Origin: Zootoca vivipara | Taxonomy: Eukaryota | Assembly (NCBI RefSeq): GCF_963506605.1 | Contig: NC_083288.1 | Coordinates: forward strand, 30,256,001 to 30,320,000 | Length of the DNA stretch: 64,000 bases | Direction of reading: 5' to 3' | Shown: positions 51,456 to 62,691 of the stretch, in pieces | How the letters are laid out: each line of letters begins with the position of its first letter | How positions within the stretch are numbered: the first letter of the stretch is position 1 | The notes under the pieces: generated by a model | Database searches by the model: none | What the model was told of the DNA's origin: nothing | The model's input: only the letters and a program-made list of their open reading frames with translations | Made by a program: the position numbers and the translations under genes

Positions 51456-52266
51456 TTTGAAGGCAAATCCTATTGCCATGAAACAGAAGCCCCTGTTTCC
51501 ATCTTCTTTGTGATCCAGCACCCTCTCTTCAAAGAACATTGATTGTTTAGATACATCAACCCTCCCCTGCGTTCTCCTCAAGGGAGAATTTCCTAGACTG
51601 GACCATTGTAGCTCTGCCTACCCCTACTTCTCCCATGCACTGAATAGTACTATGATCTTTTATATAAGCTCTGAGTCACTTGTTTACTGATTGTGTGAAA
51701 GGCCCCTGGAAATCCACATTGCTCACAGTGATATGAAATAATTACAGGGTACACAATCACTCTACAATTCTATTATTTCTTCCTCCCCACAGGACTACTC
51801 ACTGTGGCACCATGTGCAAGAGAGTCAGAAACAACCTGTTTCCCTGATCTGACCATGACTCTTTGCTGCTCCTTAGTGGAAGAGGGTATAGTTATCATAT
51901 GCAGGCTCAATGATAGAGATTAATGCAACACCAAGGGGAGGAAATAGAATCTAGGCAACAGAAGAGTAGAAGCAAGGACGTAGTATTAGTGGAAATGTTT
52001 TGTATTGAAATGCTAATGCCCTGGACTCCTATGACATATTCTATGTAGAGTGATATGACTGCAGCCGCATGAAGTATTCTGTATAGACATGCTTTATAAT
52101 AAGTATTCGGTTTTTGTAGGGGTATAACTCAATAGTTATATAACTGCTGCAGACAAATTCTGCTGAATCATGTGATGATGCATAGTAGTCAACACACTAA
52201 GGCTGCAAACCTGGAAGTAAGCATTATTGAACTTAATAGGATTTACTTCTGAGTAGATACATAAAA

Positions 52267-52526
52267 CCTCCTGCCCACCTAGCAGTTCGAAAGCACATCA
52301 AAGTGCAAGTAGATAAATAGGGACCGCTCCGGCGGGAAGGTAAACAGTGTTTCCGTGCGCTGCTCTGGTTTGCCAGAAGCAGCTTTGTCATGCTGGCCAC
52401 ATGACCCGGAAGCTGTTTGCAGACAAACACTGGCTCCCTCGGCCTATAGAGCGAGATGAGCATCGCAACCCCAGAGTCGGACACAACCGGACCTGATGGT
52501 CAGGGGCCCCTTTACCCTTTACCTTA
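52267..52526 (+). mobile_element. Sauria SINE
   Basis: Core motifs, tttacc tail, TSD atacataaaa. Confidence 0.88.
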
Positions 52527-52970
52527 AATACATAAAAGCACGTACTGTCATATTGCCAAATCTTCATTTGCTCCAGCCATCACTTTAGGCCACATGTGGG
52601 GACCTTTGGCCCTCCAGGTGTTGCTGAGTTGTAACTCCCATCATACCTGGCCATTGGTCATGCTTGTTGGGCCTGATGGAAGTTTACCAGCAACATCTGG
52701 AGGGCCAAAGGTACCCCACACCTGCTTTAGGCACTTAAACTGGAACCAGTTTTAAAATATCTTCCCTGCATACTTTGGAGTCAAAGCATATTGGTATAAT
52801 TAACATGCTTTTTTTAAAAAGACACCATGGACTGGTCTTTAGTGCAAACTGGTGGGAAAGAGTGCTAAGTATGGGGTTTCAAGGCTCCATCCAAGGCAGA
52901 AAGTATGAAAGTAGACAACAGAGTTGAGAAAGTGGATCTTCAATGTTGAAACTACTATGATAAAGTATTG

Positions 52971-53240
52971 GTAAAGGTGAAGGTCCATTAGGTCCAGTCA
53001 TGGATGACTCTGGGGTTGTGGCACTCATCTCACTTTATTGGCTGAGGGAGCTTCCAGGTCATGTGGCCAGCATGACTAAGCTGCTTCTTTTGAACCAGAG
53101 TAGCGCACGGAAACGCCGTTTACCTTCCCGCCAGAGCGGTATCTATTTATCTACTTGCACTTCATGCTTTTGAGCTGCTAGGTTGGCAGAAGCAGGGACC
53201 GAGCAACGGGAGCTCACCCCGTCACGAGGATTCGAACCGC
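52971..53240 (-). mobile_element. Sauria SINE
   Basis: Reverse-strand copy of the same core. Confidence 0.85.
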
Positions 53241-54671
53241 TGAGAAGCATCTGGTGGGCCTCTGTGAGAACACGATGCTAGACTAGGTGGCCCATTGGCC
53301 TGATCCAGCAGCCTCTTAGGTTCTTACTAATATTCTTCTACACATTAGGGGCCATCCAGGGGCACTTTTCCTAAACAGAAGCTGTATAACAGCTAGTGTG
53401 CCTGCTTGCTAGCTCCCCTTCTTTCCTTGCCTGAAGCTTCTGTGCCCATGCTCTGCTGGCCCATCGATGAGGCAGGGTGAGGAGCCTGCCTCGGGTGGCA
53501 GAAGTACAAGAGGCAGCACCCACCTTGCCTCTTCTGCCTTCCCTGTGCCGGAAGTGTCAGCAAGATCTCGCCTCAATCTTATGAGATCTCACCTGCTTTT
53601 CAGGTGCCATCACCACTGCCAAGCAAACAACACAAGTAAGAGAAACACAGTGCCATCAGCAGGGGGGGGGGGGGGGCGGCACATTCTTGCTTCATCTCAA
53701 GTGCCAAAACAGGATGTGACATCCCTGCTGCTTCCCATTTCAATAAGACACTGGTGGCCGCACACTGTTTGCTGCCCAACATAATAACAGAAAGTGGGCC
53801 TGTCCTCAAGCTCCAGCATTTGCTCAACTCTACGAGAAAAAAGTTGGGTTCACACACCTCTTACCTTTGCCTTCCGCACTGTTTGGGATGGGATGGGAGA
53901 CATCACTGCTTCCCTCTTCAATGATAAAGTGGTCAAGGTACTGCAGATTCCTGCCTTAAGAGAGACTGGCCATTGTGACCTCACAATGTCTCCCTTCCCA
54001 GCCAAGTTGACCACTGAGAGTTGTTGACTCAAAACATTGCTTAGCAACTTGGTGAGCAGGGGCTGAAATCACTTTACTTCTACATGGAAGAAGTTGGCCC
54101 ACCAGTGCCCCAGCTTTTCGGCTTTGCAAAGCCTGCCTACCCTCCACTTTCCCAACATTATCCCCCCACTGAAGAGGCAATGTTTTTTATTCCACTTCTT
54201 TAGAATCAGTTGTTTTTTTATAAAAAAAAAAAGCTAGTTTTTAATCAAAGGCTTTATTTCCACCACATACGGTATTACCTGAGACCACAAGAGCTTGTTT
54301 TCTTCAGCTCTCCTTTGGATTGGGAGCTATGAATTCTTCTTTTACAAAATGCTACTCTATTCACATTAAATTCAAGAGAGGCTAAGGCAAAAGAGAGTTG
54401 CAGGAAACATGCTCAGGGTGGAAAATTGGATGTACTAAGCTCTGCTAAGAAACTTAAGCTGCGATCCTGTGTGCATTTGGATACAAATGGGTCTCAATTC
54501 GGTTACTCTGATTTTAAACCAGTATGAGCTGGAAAAGGTTTCCAGGAGGGTTAAAATCAGGGGTGAGTAATATACATTATTTATTGCCTCAGTCTCTTAG
54601 GTAACGTGTGACATCTCCTGCATCCACATTTCTTGAGGATGTATGGGGTGTTAGGGGAGGGGTAGTATCTT

Positions 54672-54931
54672 GGAGAGGGAGCTGAGGCTCCAATACTTTG
54701 GCCACCTCATGAGAAGAGAAGACTCCCTGGAAAAGACCCTGATGTTGGGAAAGATTGAGGGCACTAGGAGAGGGGGACGACAGAGGACGAGATGGTTAGT
54801 GTGTGTTCTCGAAGCTACTAACATGAATTTGACCCACTGTGGGAGGCAGTGGATGACAGGAGTGCCTGGCATGCTCTGGTCCATGGGGTCACGAAGAGTC
54901 GGACACAACTAAATGACTAAACAACAACAAA
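54672..54931 (+). mobile_element. BovB (RTE) 3' fragment
   Basis: LRLQYFGHLMRREDSLEKTLMLGKIEG, (caa)n tail, TSD agtatct. Confidence 0.9.
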
Positions 54932-55189
54932 AGTATCTCTAGTGGGGGACACACCATGCTCCTTCTGAGGTAGTTTGTCCAGCTTTATTCCCCATCCTGT
55001 ACTTGGCTCTCACCTGCAGCTCCGAGAAGCTGTCAGCATGTGACAGCATCTACATCCTGGGGGGAAAGCTTCGACTGGCCAGCTAAACCAGGTGAGGATA
55101 GCCAATGGGTCTCCAACCCTCAGCAGCTTTCTCCCGATTGAAGTGCAGTGTTTGAGGACCGGGACATCCACAGGGAAATCAAAATGCTT

Positions 55190-55840
55190 GTTTACAAAGC
55201 TACCAACTTTACTGTGTTTGTGAAACGCTGACCACTTTCTCAAACTCCTCAAAAGATTCCACCAATAGTGTCTCCGAAAATTTTCACACATCACCTGGGA
55301 AGACAGGCGAACTATTGCCAGTGTACTGGAAGAAGCAAAGATCACCATTGTTGAAGCAATGATTCTTCAACATCAAATTCGTTGGACTGGTCATGCTGTG
55401 CGGATGCCTGATTTATCATCTTCCAAAGAAACTAGTCTACTCTGAACTTAAAAATGGAAAGCACAATGCTGGTGGTCAACAAAAGAGCTTTAAAGACTCT
55501 CTGAAGGCAAATCTTTAAAAAATGTAGCATAAACACAGCCAACTGGGAAACACTGGCCTGCAAGCGCTCCAATTGGAGAACAGCCTTTACCAAAGGTGTC
55601 ATGGGCTTTGAAGACACTCAAACTCAAGACAAAAGGAGAAACATGCTATGAGGCACACTTCACAAGCCCTCACCATGATCAACTCCCACCTGGAAACCTA
55701 TGTCCCCACTGTGGAAGGATGTGTGTGGAAGGGTGTGTGGGTCCAAAATTGGCCTCCACAGTCACTTACTGACTCACTGATAAAACTGTGTTCATGGAAG
55801 ACAATCTTACTCGGCTACAAGTGATCGTCAAAGAAGAAAC
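55190..55840 (+). mobile_element. RTE-clade LINE 3' fragment (non-BovB)
   Basis: Degenerate RWTGH..RMPD...ELKNGK..AGGQ.K.FKD.LK coding signature. Confidence 0.75.
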
Positions 55841-55856
55841 CCTCAGTGAGTTAGGA

Positions 55857-55992
55857 CAGGCATCCCCAAACTGCGGCCCTCCAGATGTTTTGGCCTACAA
55901 CTCTCATGATCCCTAGCTAACAGGACCAGTGGTCAGGGAAGATGGGAATTGTAGTCCAAAACATCTGGAAGGCCGAAGTTTGGGGATGCCTG
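55857..55992. mobile_element. hAT MITE (136 bp)
   Basis: TIR CAGGCATCCCCAAACT; 8-bp TSD AGTTAGGA. Confidence 0.93.
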
Positions 55993-56067
55993 AGTTAGGA
56001 GCTTCCCTTGCACATGAAGACAGGCTCCAACGGATTTGAGTAGAGGAGACCAATAGTGGGTCCAATG

Positions 56068-56203
56068 CAGGCATCCCCGAACTTCGGCCCTCCAGATGTT
56101 TTGGACTACAATTCCTATCTTCCCCGACCACTGGTCCTGTTAGCTAGGGATCATGGGAGTTGTAGGTCAAAACATCTGGAAGGCTGCAGTTTGGGGATGC
56201 CTG
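56068..56203. mobile_element. hAT MITE (136 bp), same family, opposite orientation
   Basis: TIR CAGGCATCCCC; 8-bp TSD GTCCAATG. Confidence 0.93.
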
Positions 56204-56801
56204 GTCCAATGGTCAAGAAGGTGGTTACTCCACATGCAGAAGGAAATGAAGGGCAGATGGGGCTCACCAACCTGGGAAGGTAGCTCATCCAGGAGAAGGA
56301 AAACTGATCCTAAACCACTGCTGCCTTGCAGCTACACTCATTCATGAGAAAGGCTTCCAGAGTAAATCCTGAGGAAAAATCTGTACCTGCTACCTTGCAG
56401 GACATCTTTGGGTGAAGAAAAGGCTAAGGAGTAAACTCTCTACAAATCTGGAGTCCCTAAAATGATTGGATGGGGCCTTGCATGCCTCCTTCAGGCAATT
56501 CCTGCAGCCAAGCTGGTGCCAAATGCATTGCTCTGCTTCCCTTTGGACAAAATCAGTGAAGTCGAGGGCTGTGTCTTGTGGTCTGGGCATCCCAGGACCT
56601 CCATTATGGAGCAAAAACTTGATGTGAGCAGCAGTTACAATTTACTGGTCTCTGTAGCCACAGCAGAAGCTGCAATTCTCCAGCAGTTTGACTTCATCCC
56701 CTGCAGCATACTCCATTGTCCCATGGCCAACAATTGGTAACTACTGTTTCTTTGTCAATTATGGTGTTTTTCCTTTTATAGACTGCTCCATTTCATTTAT
56801 A

Positions 56802-56958
56802 CAGTGGTACCTCGGTTTACAACCACAATTGGTTCCGGAAGTCTGTACTTAACCTGAAACTTACTTAACCTGAAGCGAACTTTCCCATTGAAAGTAATGG
56901 AAAGTGAATTAAGCCGTTCCAGATGGGTCCGCGGTGTTTGTAAACCGAGATATGACTG
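56802..56958. mobile_element. Tc1/pogo-type MITE monomer
   Basis: TA|CAGTGGTACCTCGG ... CCGAGATATGACTG|TA; one ACTTTCCCATTGAAAGTAATGGAAAGT core. Confidence 0.9.
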
Positions 56959-57387
56959 TATATTTTTATTTTGTTCTTAGCTATTGCTGAGTCTGCATAC
57001 TTCCATCATTTCTTTATAGTGATTGTAATTAAGCGTTCCAATTTCTGTGTTTCTGGTTCTTCCTGGTTAGCATTAGCTCAATGGAGTAAGCTTCATAGAC
57101 CTACAAGCTACAGCCTATTTTCAGTGTAGGTGAAATTGTTGGCCCCAATGATGGGAGTTTGCTAGTATTAATATTGCATTAAATTTGTGATCCTCATAAT
57201 TTCATGTATAAAAGTGAGCGAGTTCTAGAGCGAGTTCAAGTTTTCCTAAATATTTCCTGTATATGCACACTTAACCCACCAATCTTTTATGAGGCAGTTT
57301 CTCAAGCTTTACTAAGTAGTAAACCTTGCCTCAGAAGGTGATCACTTAATAACCAGAACAGCCCTTGTTGCAGTTAACAAATAAATA

Positions 57388-58275
57388 CAGTGGTACCTTG
57401 GTTTAAGTACACAATTGGTTCCGGAAGTCTGTACTTAACCTGAAGCGTACTTAACCTGAAGCGAACTTTCCCATTGAAAGTAATGGAAAGTGGATTACAG
57501 TGGAACCTCGGTTTATGAACACCTCGGTTTATGAATTTTCGGTTTATGAACGCCGCGGACCCATCTGGAACGGATTAATTCACTTTCCATTACTTTTAAT
57601 GGGAAAGTTCGCTTCAGTTTATGAACGCTTCAGTTTATGAACAGACTTCCGGAACCAATTACACCCATGCTTCAGTTTATGAACGCTTCAGTTTAAGTAC
57701 TCTGCGGACCCGTCTGGAACGGATTAATCCACTTTCCATTACTTTCAATGGGAAAGTTTGCTTCAGTTTATGAACGGTTACTCTGCGGACCGTCTGGAAC
57801 GGATTAATCCACTTTCCATTACTTTCAATGGGAAAGTTCGCTTCAGTTTATGAACGCTTCAGTTTATGAACAGACTTCCGGAACCAATTGTGTTCATAAA
57901 CCGAGGTACCACTGTAATCGGTTCCAGACGGTCCGCAGAGTACTTAACCTGAAGCGTACTTAACCCGAAGTATGAGTGTAATTGGTTCCGGAAGTCCGTA
58001 CTTAACCTGAAGCATACTTAACCTGAAGCGAACTTTCCCATTGAAAGTAATGGAAAGTGGATTAATCCGTTCCAGACAGGTCCACAGAGTACTCAACCTG
58101 AAGTGTACTTAACCCAAAGTATGAGTGTAATTAATTCTGGAAGTCCGTACTTAACCTGAAGCGAACTTTCCCACTGAAAGTAATGGAAAGTGGATTAATC
58201 CGTTCCAGATGGGTCTGCGGAGTACTTAAACTGAAAATACTCAAACCGAAGTGTACTTAAGCCGAGGTATGACTG
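57388..58275. mobile_element. Trimeric Tc1/pogo-type MITE (outer element)
   Basis: TA|CAGTGGTACCTTGG ... CCGAGGTATGACTG|TA; three cores; interrupted at the TA 57496-57497. Confidence 0.9.
57498..57914. mobile_element. Same-family MITE nested in inverted orientation
   Basis: TA|CAGTGGAACCTCGG ... CCGAGGTACCACTG|TA; removing it restores ggatTAatc in the outer element. Confidence 0.92.
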
Positions 58276-59465
58276 TAGCAGTATCTCTTATACCAAATGA
58301 AGACATTGCTTTCAAAGTTGTTTATTTAAAGTACCACTTGATTCTCTGCAATAATTCACTTTTATTCTTTCCCATCTACATTCCAAGATATTCTTTATTT
58401 TTGGTTGATACAAGTATTTCAAATTACTTGTTATTAAAATATGCATCAATGCTACATCACTACCACCACTTATTCCAGTGATTAGAACAGTTAATTGATG
58501 CTGCAATCTCTTAGGGTTTGAAGACAACCCAGTAGACGTGCCTTTCAGCCAGGCTGTATATTGAAGACAGCATTTCATATCCTAAAAATCTGAAGTGGTG
58601 GGGTTTTGTTTTGTTTTGTTTAAAAAGAGATGTTTCTAGTCCATACTGCTGTAAAAGTAATATTGTAAATGTGCAGGCAATGCCAGATATAAAATCTCAG
58701 AAGCCTAAAGGGAGCTGACTAGGGTTTCAAGGGATCAGTACTATGTTTCCCATCAACTGAGAAATTATGCAATATAAGTGACTCTGTGCTGTTTGCTTCA
58801 TCTGCATAATGTATAGTCACAGAATTGAAATTCAGAGCACATTAAAAAAATAACTTTTCTTATTTGATTTTTACCTTGCCTTTCTTCCAAGCTCAGGGCA
58901 GCACAGATATTCCCATTTTTAAAAAATCCTCACAACAACACTGTGAGGAGGAATGACTGGCCCAGGAGACTGCAACAACCTACATAGCTGAATGGCAACT
59001 TGAACCTCGGTCTTTGTAGTTTAGTGGCAATTTGAACCTAGTCTGAAACTTTGAACATTGCATTATGTTGGTCCAGAAAGGAATACACACTGGCCTGTCT
59101 AGAAGACATTGTTTGTAAAAGGAGCCTGAGTTAGCCTATCCTCGTTTTCGGGTTCAAGGCTCTTCCTGCACTCCCATCTTATGCTTGAGCACAGGATGCA
59201 GATAGGAAAAGCTGTGCCACAGAATGGCATTGCATGAACTGAAATTGCAATTCCCTGGGAACAGATTGCCAACATCCAGGCACAAACCAAGATTCCCAAC
59301 ACCTGGAATTTACTTGGTAGGGCACAAGAGGTTTTTGCTTGCGGGTTTCTGAATGCACTCATCCCACCTGGTATGTCATTCCTACCATCCACCCTGGGGG
59401 AGCGGGGGGGAGAAAACACCTCTGGGTGTGAATGATTTCACAGAACAGCTCCTTAACGCTTGCTA

Positions 59466-61483
59466 TTACAGGATAATACATTTATCAGAATTTTTGGGAG
59501 GAGGACTGCTCGGGGGAGTAAATGAATAAGGCATTGGTTTTCCTAGCAAAGAGGCACGAGGACTGCCCTGCTTTTGCTCAGCTTCTTTGGAAACCGTGGG
59601 CAGATTTTGGCTAGGAGAACCATAATCCATGCTGGCGTGAAAAGCATAGGAGGGCTGCAGGGATGGGGAGCTGGTTTCTCGAGGGGAAGGTGGTGATTTT
59701 GCCGACTGTGGGCTTGCAGTGGTCACAGAGCTGACATTAGCATGCTGGTGCTGGTGGATGAGGGCCTGAGGCTTAGAAGCATCCAAATTTCTGTTCGTTC
59801 CAGGTGAAGTATATGATGAGGGCTGCCAGGATAGGGTGGTCGTGGTTTCCAGAGGGGAAGGGGATGGGTGTGCTGATCTTGTGCTTGAGGTCACACTAAC
59901 ATATCGCTGCTGGCTGATGAGGGCCCAAGACTCGGAGCACAGAGCATCAGAATTACCGTTGATCCAAGAAGAGGTGCCCGACGGTTGCAGAGGTGGCGAG
60001 GTGGTGGTGGTTTCTAGAGGGGAAGGTGGTGAGCTTGCAGGTCCTGTGCTTGAGGAGCTTACGGCATAGTTCTTGCTAACAATGTTCTGCTGATGCACCA
60101 AGGGCCAAGAGTCAGAAGGCAGAGTGCCAGAATTACTGCTGGGACTAACAGCGGCATAAGATCCAGAGGACTGCTGGGTTGCATTGGTCGAAGCAGACTG
60201 CGAAGTGAGTGGCTGTAGGCTTGAGGTTACAGGAGAGTCCACACCATCGTACTTCCCCCAATGTGTGGACGTTGGAGACTTAGAAGGTACTTTGTCTGAA
60301 GGTGCAGCCACAAGATTTTTATCTGCCACAGGGACAGAACTCCGCGGCAGACCATCTAGCCATGTATGGTGGTGGCATTCTGATTGGTGGGCAGTCCGAG
60401 ATTTGGGCGAGTGGAGGCTGGCTGTGTTTTGAGATGGTAAGGAAGTAGGAGACGTCCCTGCAGGAGTCAAACTATGGGGGAGTCCTGCGGTTCTGGGTGG
60501 TAGCTGCTCCTGAAAAAAGGAATCTCGTCCCGAAACTGCAGAAGCATAGGACCTCTGCTGCTGAATTTGGGTGGGAGGCTGAGTCTGTCTGACTGGAGGC
60601 ACAGCTTGGGCAGGCAGCGTCTGTGGTGCAGTCTTCTGAAACTGGATCCCAGAGGGTCTTACAGAAACTGGTAGGAATGGTGCTGGGTAGAGAGGAGGCA
60701 TCTCTGGAATAAATGTGGCAGGCGGGTATACAACTGGCTGAGTCCATGCTCCAGGACTGGTAGAGACAGGCTGGAAGATGGAGGGAGGTGGTGGTGTATC
60801 ATTGTTAAAAAACCAATGGTTAACCAGATCTGCAGGCCTGGAGACCATGCTGTCAGGTTTCAAATTCTCATCCCTTCTGGTGGCTTGGGAATCCACTGGG
60901 TAAACTACAGGAGAGTTGGGAGTGTCTATTAGCTTGAGTGTCATCTCTCCCCCAGGAGCTACTGGTTTGGGAGTCCCAGGTAAAGTACTAATTTCCTTGT
61001 TGGCTGGTGGTCCAAGACATTCAGAAGGCTGGCGGAGAGAGAGATGGGGCTGAGGCGGAGGCAAAGATGTAGGCTTGCGAAGTGCAGTCTTTCGAGAAAA
61101 CTTGGGAACAACCAAAGGCTTGTTTTTAGGTGGGGAGTGGCCAGAAGTCACTGCAGAGTCTTGCACTTTGGGCAAATCAGGATGGCCTGAAAGGTCTCTT
61201 GAATTGGCTGTGGCCCTCTTGTGCTCGTGCTCTTGCAAAAGAGGTACTGTTTTGGGTATCTCCTTGAGATGGCCCTTGGGTAGAATGCAGGACTCCTTAT
61301 CATCTTCCTTTTCGAGGGGCTCTGAAGCCCGGAGGAAAGTGGAGTGGGGCTGTGGTACCCCTGGAGCCTTGGGAAGAGGGGCAGGCTTGGGACCTACTAC
61401 AGGTTCAGCTGCTGCCATCGTTTGGGGCAGCGAGTGACAAGGAGCCACTGCAGCGTTTTCCACTTCGGATGGGACAGGCTGAT
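59466..61483 (-). CDS. Large terminal coding exon: Pro/Ser/Thr-rich protein with C-terminal CaaX box (CIIL); gene not recognised
   Basis: 2 kb without a stop codon; acceptor gttgtttcag at 61484 (phase 1); first in-frame ATG at 61418 in strong context (ACGATGG); ends KNSDKCIIL-TAA-TAG. Confidence 0.8.
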
Positions 61484-62018
61484 CTGAAACAACAACAACA
61501 TTTACTGTTATGAGAGAAGGATCACAACTGCAGTTAGAAACAGGGGTGGGGTGGGGAACAGAAAGGTCAGTTGGTTCCTTCTTGAAGCCTCATATGGAAA
61601 GACCGGGGTGGGGGGGTAAGCTTGGGAATCTAGATGCTGTTAAGCAGGGGAACTGTTTGTTCATTTTTAAACTAGATCTCTCTTTCTCTTTGGTGATCAG
61701 TCCTAGCCAAGCAAGATTGTCTTCCATGAATATGGCCTTAACGGTGTGTCAGTGAGTGACTATGGAGGCCAATTCACTCACGGGATCATCACCCTTGTCG
61801 TGACGAATGGGCTTGCACGTTCCCATGATCCTTGTGAGCAATGCCGCCGGGAGTCGTACTCCCAGTAGGATCACCCAACACGGTCAAAAGGGAGGAGCTA
61901 GACCAGGGGTCAGCAAACTTTTTCAGCAGGGGGCCAGTCAACTGTCCCTCAGACCTTGTGGGGGGCCGGACTATATTTTCGAAAAAATATGAATGAATTC
62001 CTATGCCCCACAAATAAC

Positions 62019-62108
62019 CATAGCTGCCAAGTTTTCCCTTTTCTCGCGAGGAAGCCTATTCAGCATTAGGGGAAATCCCTTAAAAAAAGGGATAACTTGG
62101 CAGCTATG
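62019..62108. mobile_element. 90-bp hAT-type MITE nested in the larger hAT
   Basis: 15-bp TIR CATAGCTGCCAAGTT; 8-bp TSD CAAATAAC. Confidence 0.93.
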
Positions 62109-62229
62109 CAAATAACCAAAGAGATGCATTTTAAATAAAAGGACACATTCTACTCATGTAAAAACACCAGGCAGGCCCCACAAATAACCCAAGTGTCCCT
62201 GCGTCCAGTCCCTGTGTCCGTGGGACTGC

Positions 62230-62460
62230 ACTACTGCGCATGTGCCCCACAGACAGCCGTTGGGACTTGGAACGAGCAGGTGCGGCGGGGCGCGGCTCCA
62301 CCCCGAAGGCTCGTCCTGGGGCCACAGCAGGCAGGCTCCTCCCTGGGCCGGGCTCCGGGCTCCTCTCCGGGCCCATATAAGGCTTCCGCGTTGGGAGGGA
62401 GGTCCATCCAGCCCTCGCTCGGGCCTGCCGCCGTGCCTCGCCTCACATCTCCCCGCTCTC
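62230..62460 (+). promoter_or_regulatory. CpG-island promoter-like segment (cargo)
   Basis: NRF1-like TGCGCATGTGC (62235), GC boxes, perfect CArG/TATA-like CCATATAAGG (62373-62382). Confidence 0.6.
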
Positions 62461-62568
62461 CGGCCATGGCTGCGGCGGCGGGTGAGGAGGGCGGCGGCGG
62501 CAGGGCCCAGGCCGATGCCGCCTCTCCGTCCCGCTCCTCACCCGCTCGGCGGCGACGGAGGAGAGACC

Positions 62569-62691
62569 ATGGCGGGTCTGTGGCCGGCCTTGCTGGTGGC
62601 GGCGCTCCTCACCAGGCTCTGGTATGGCCGTGGAGACGGCAAGGGGAAGGAGGAGGCCGGGGGTCCCCTCAGCGGCAGCATGGAGACTGAG
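62569..62691 (+). other. First-exon-like fragment encoding a signal peptide (probably captured)
   Basis: Kozak ACCATGG; MAGLWPALLVAALLTRLWYGRGDG...METE; possible donor GAG|GTACAG. Confidence 0.55.

Noticed and set aside
57388-58275. CRISPR-like or satellite array
   Set aside because: Eukaryotic DNA; the repeats are explained by TA-flanked nested MITEs and there are no unique spacers.
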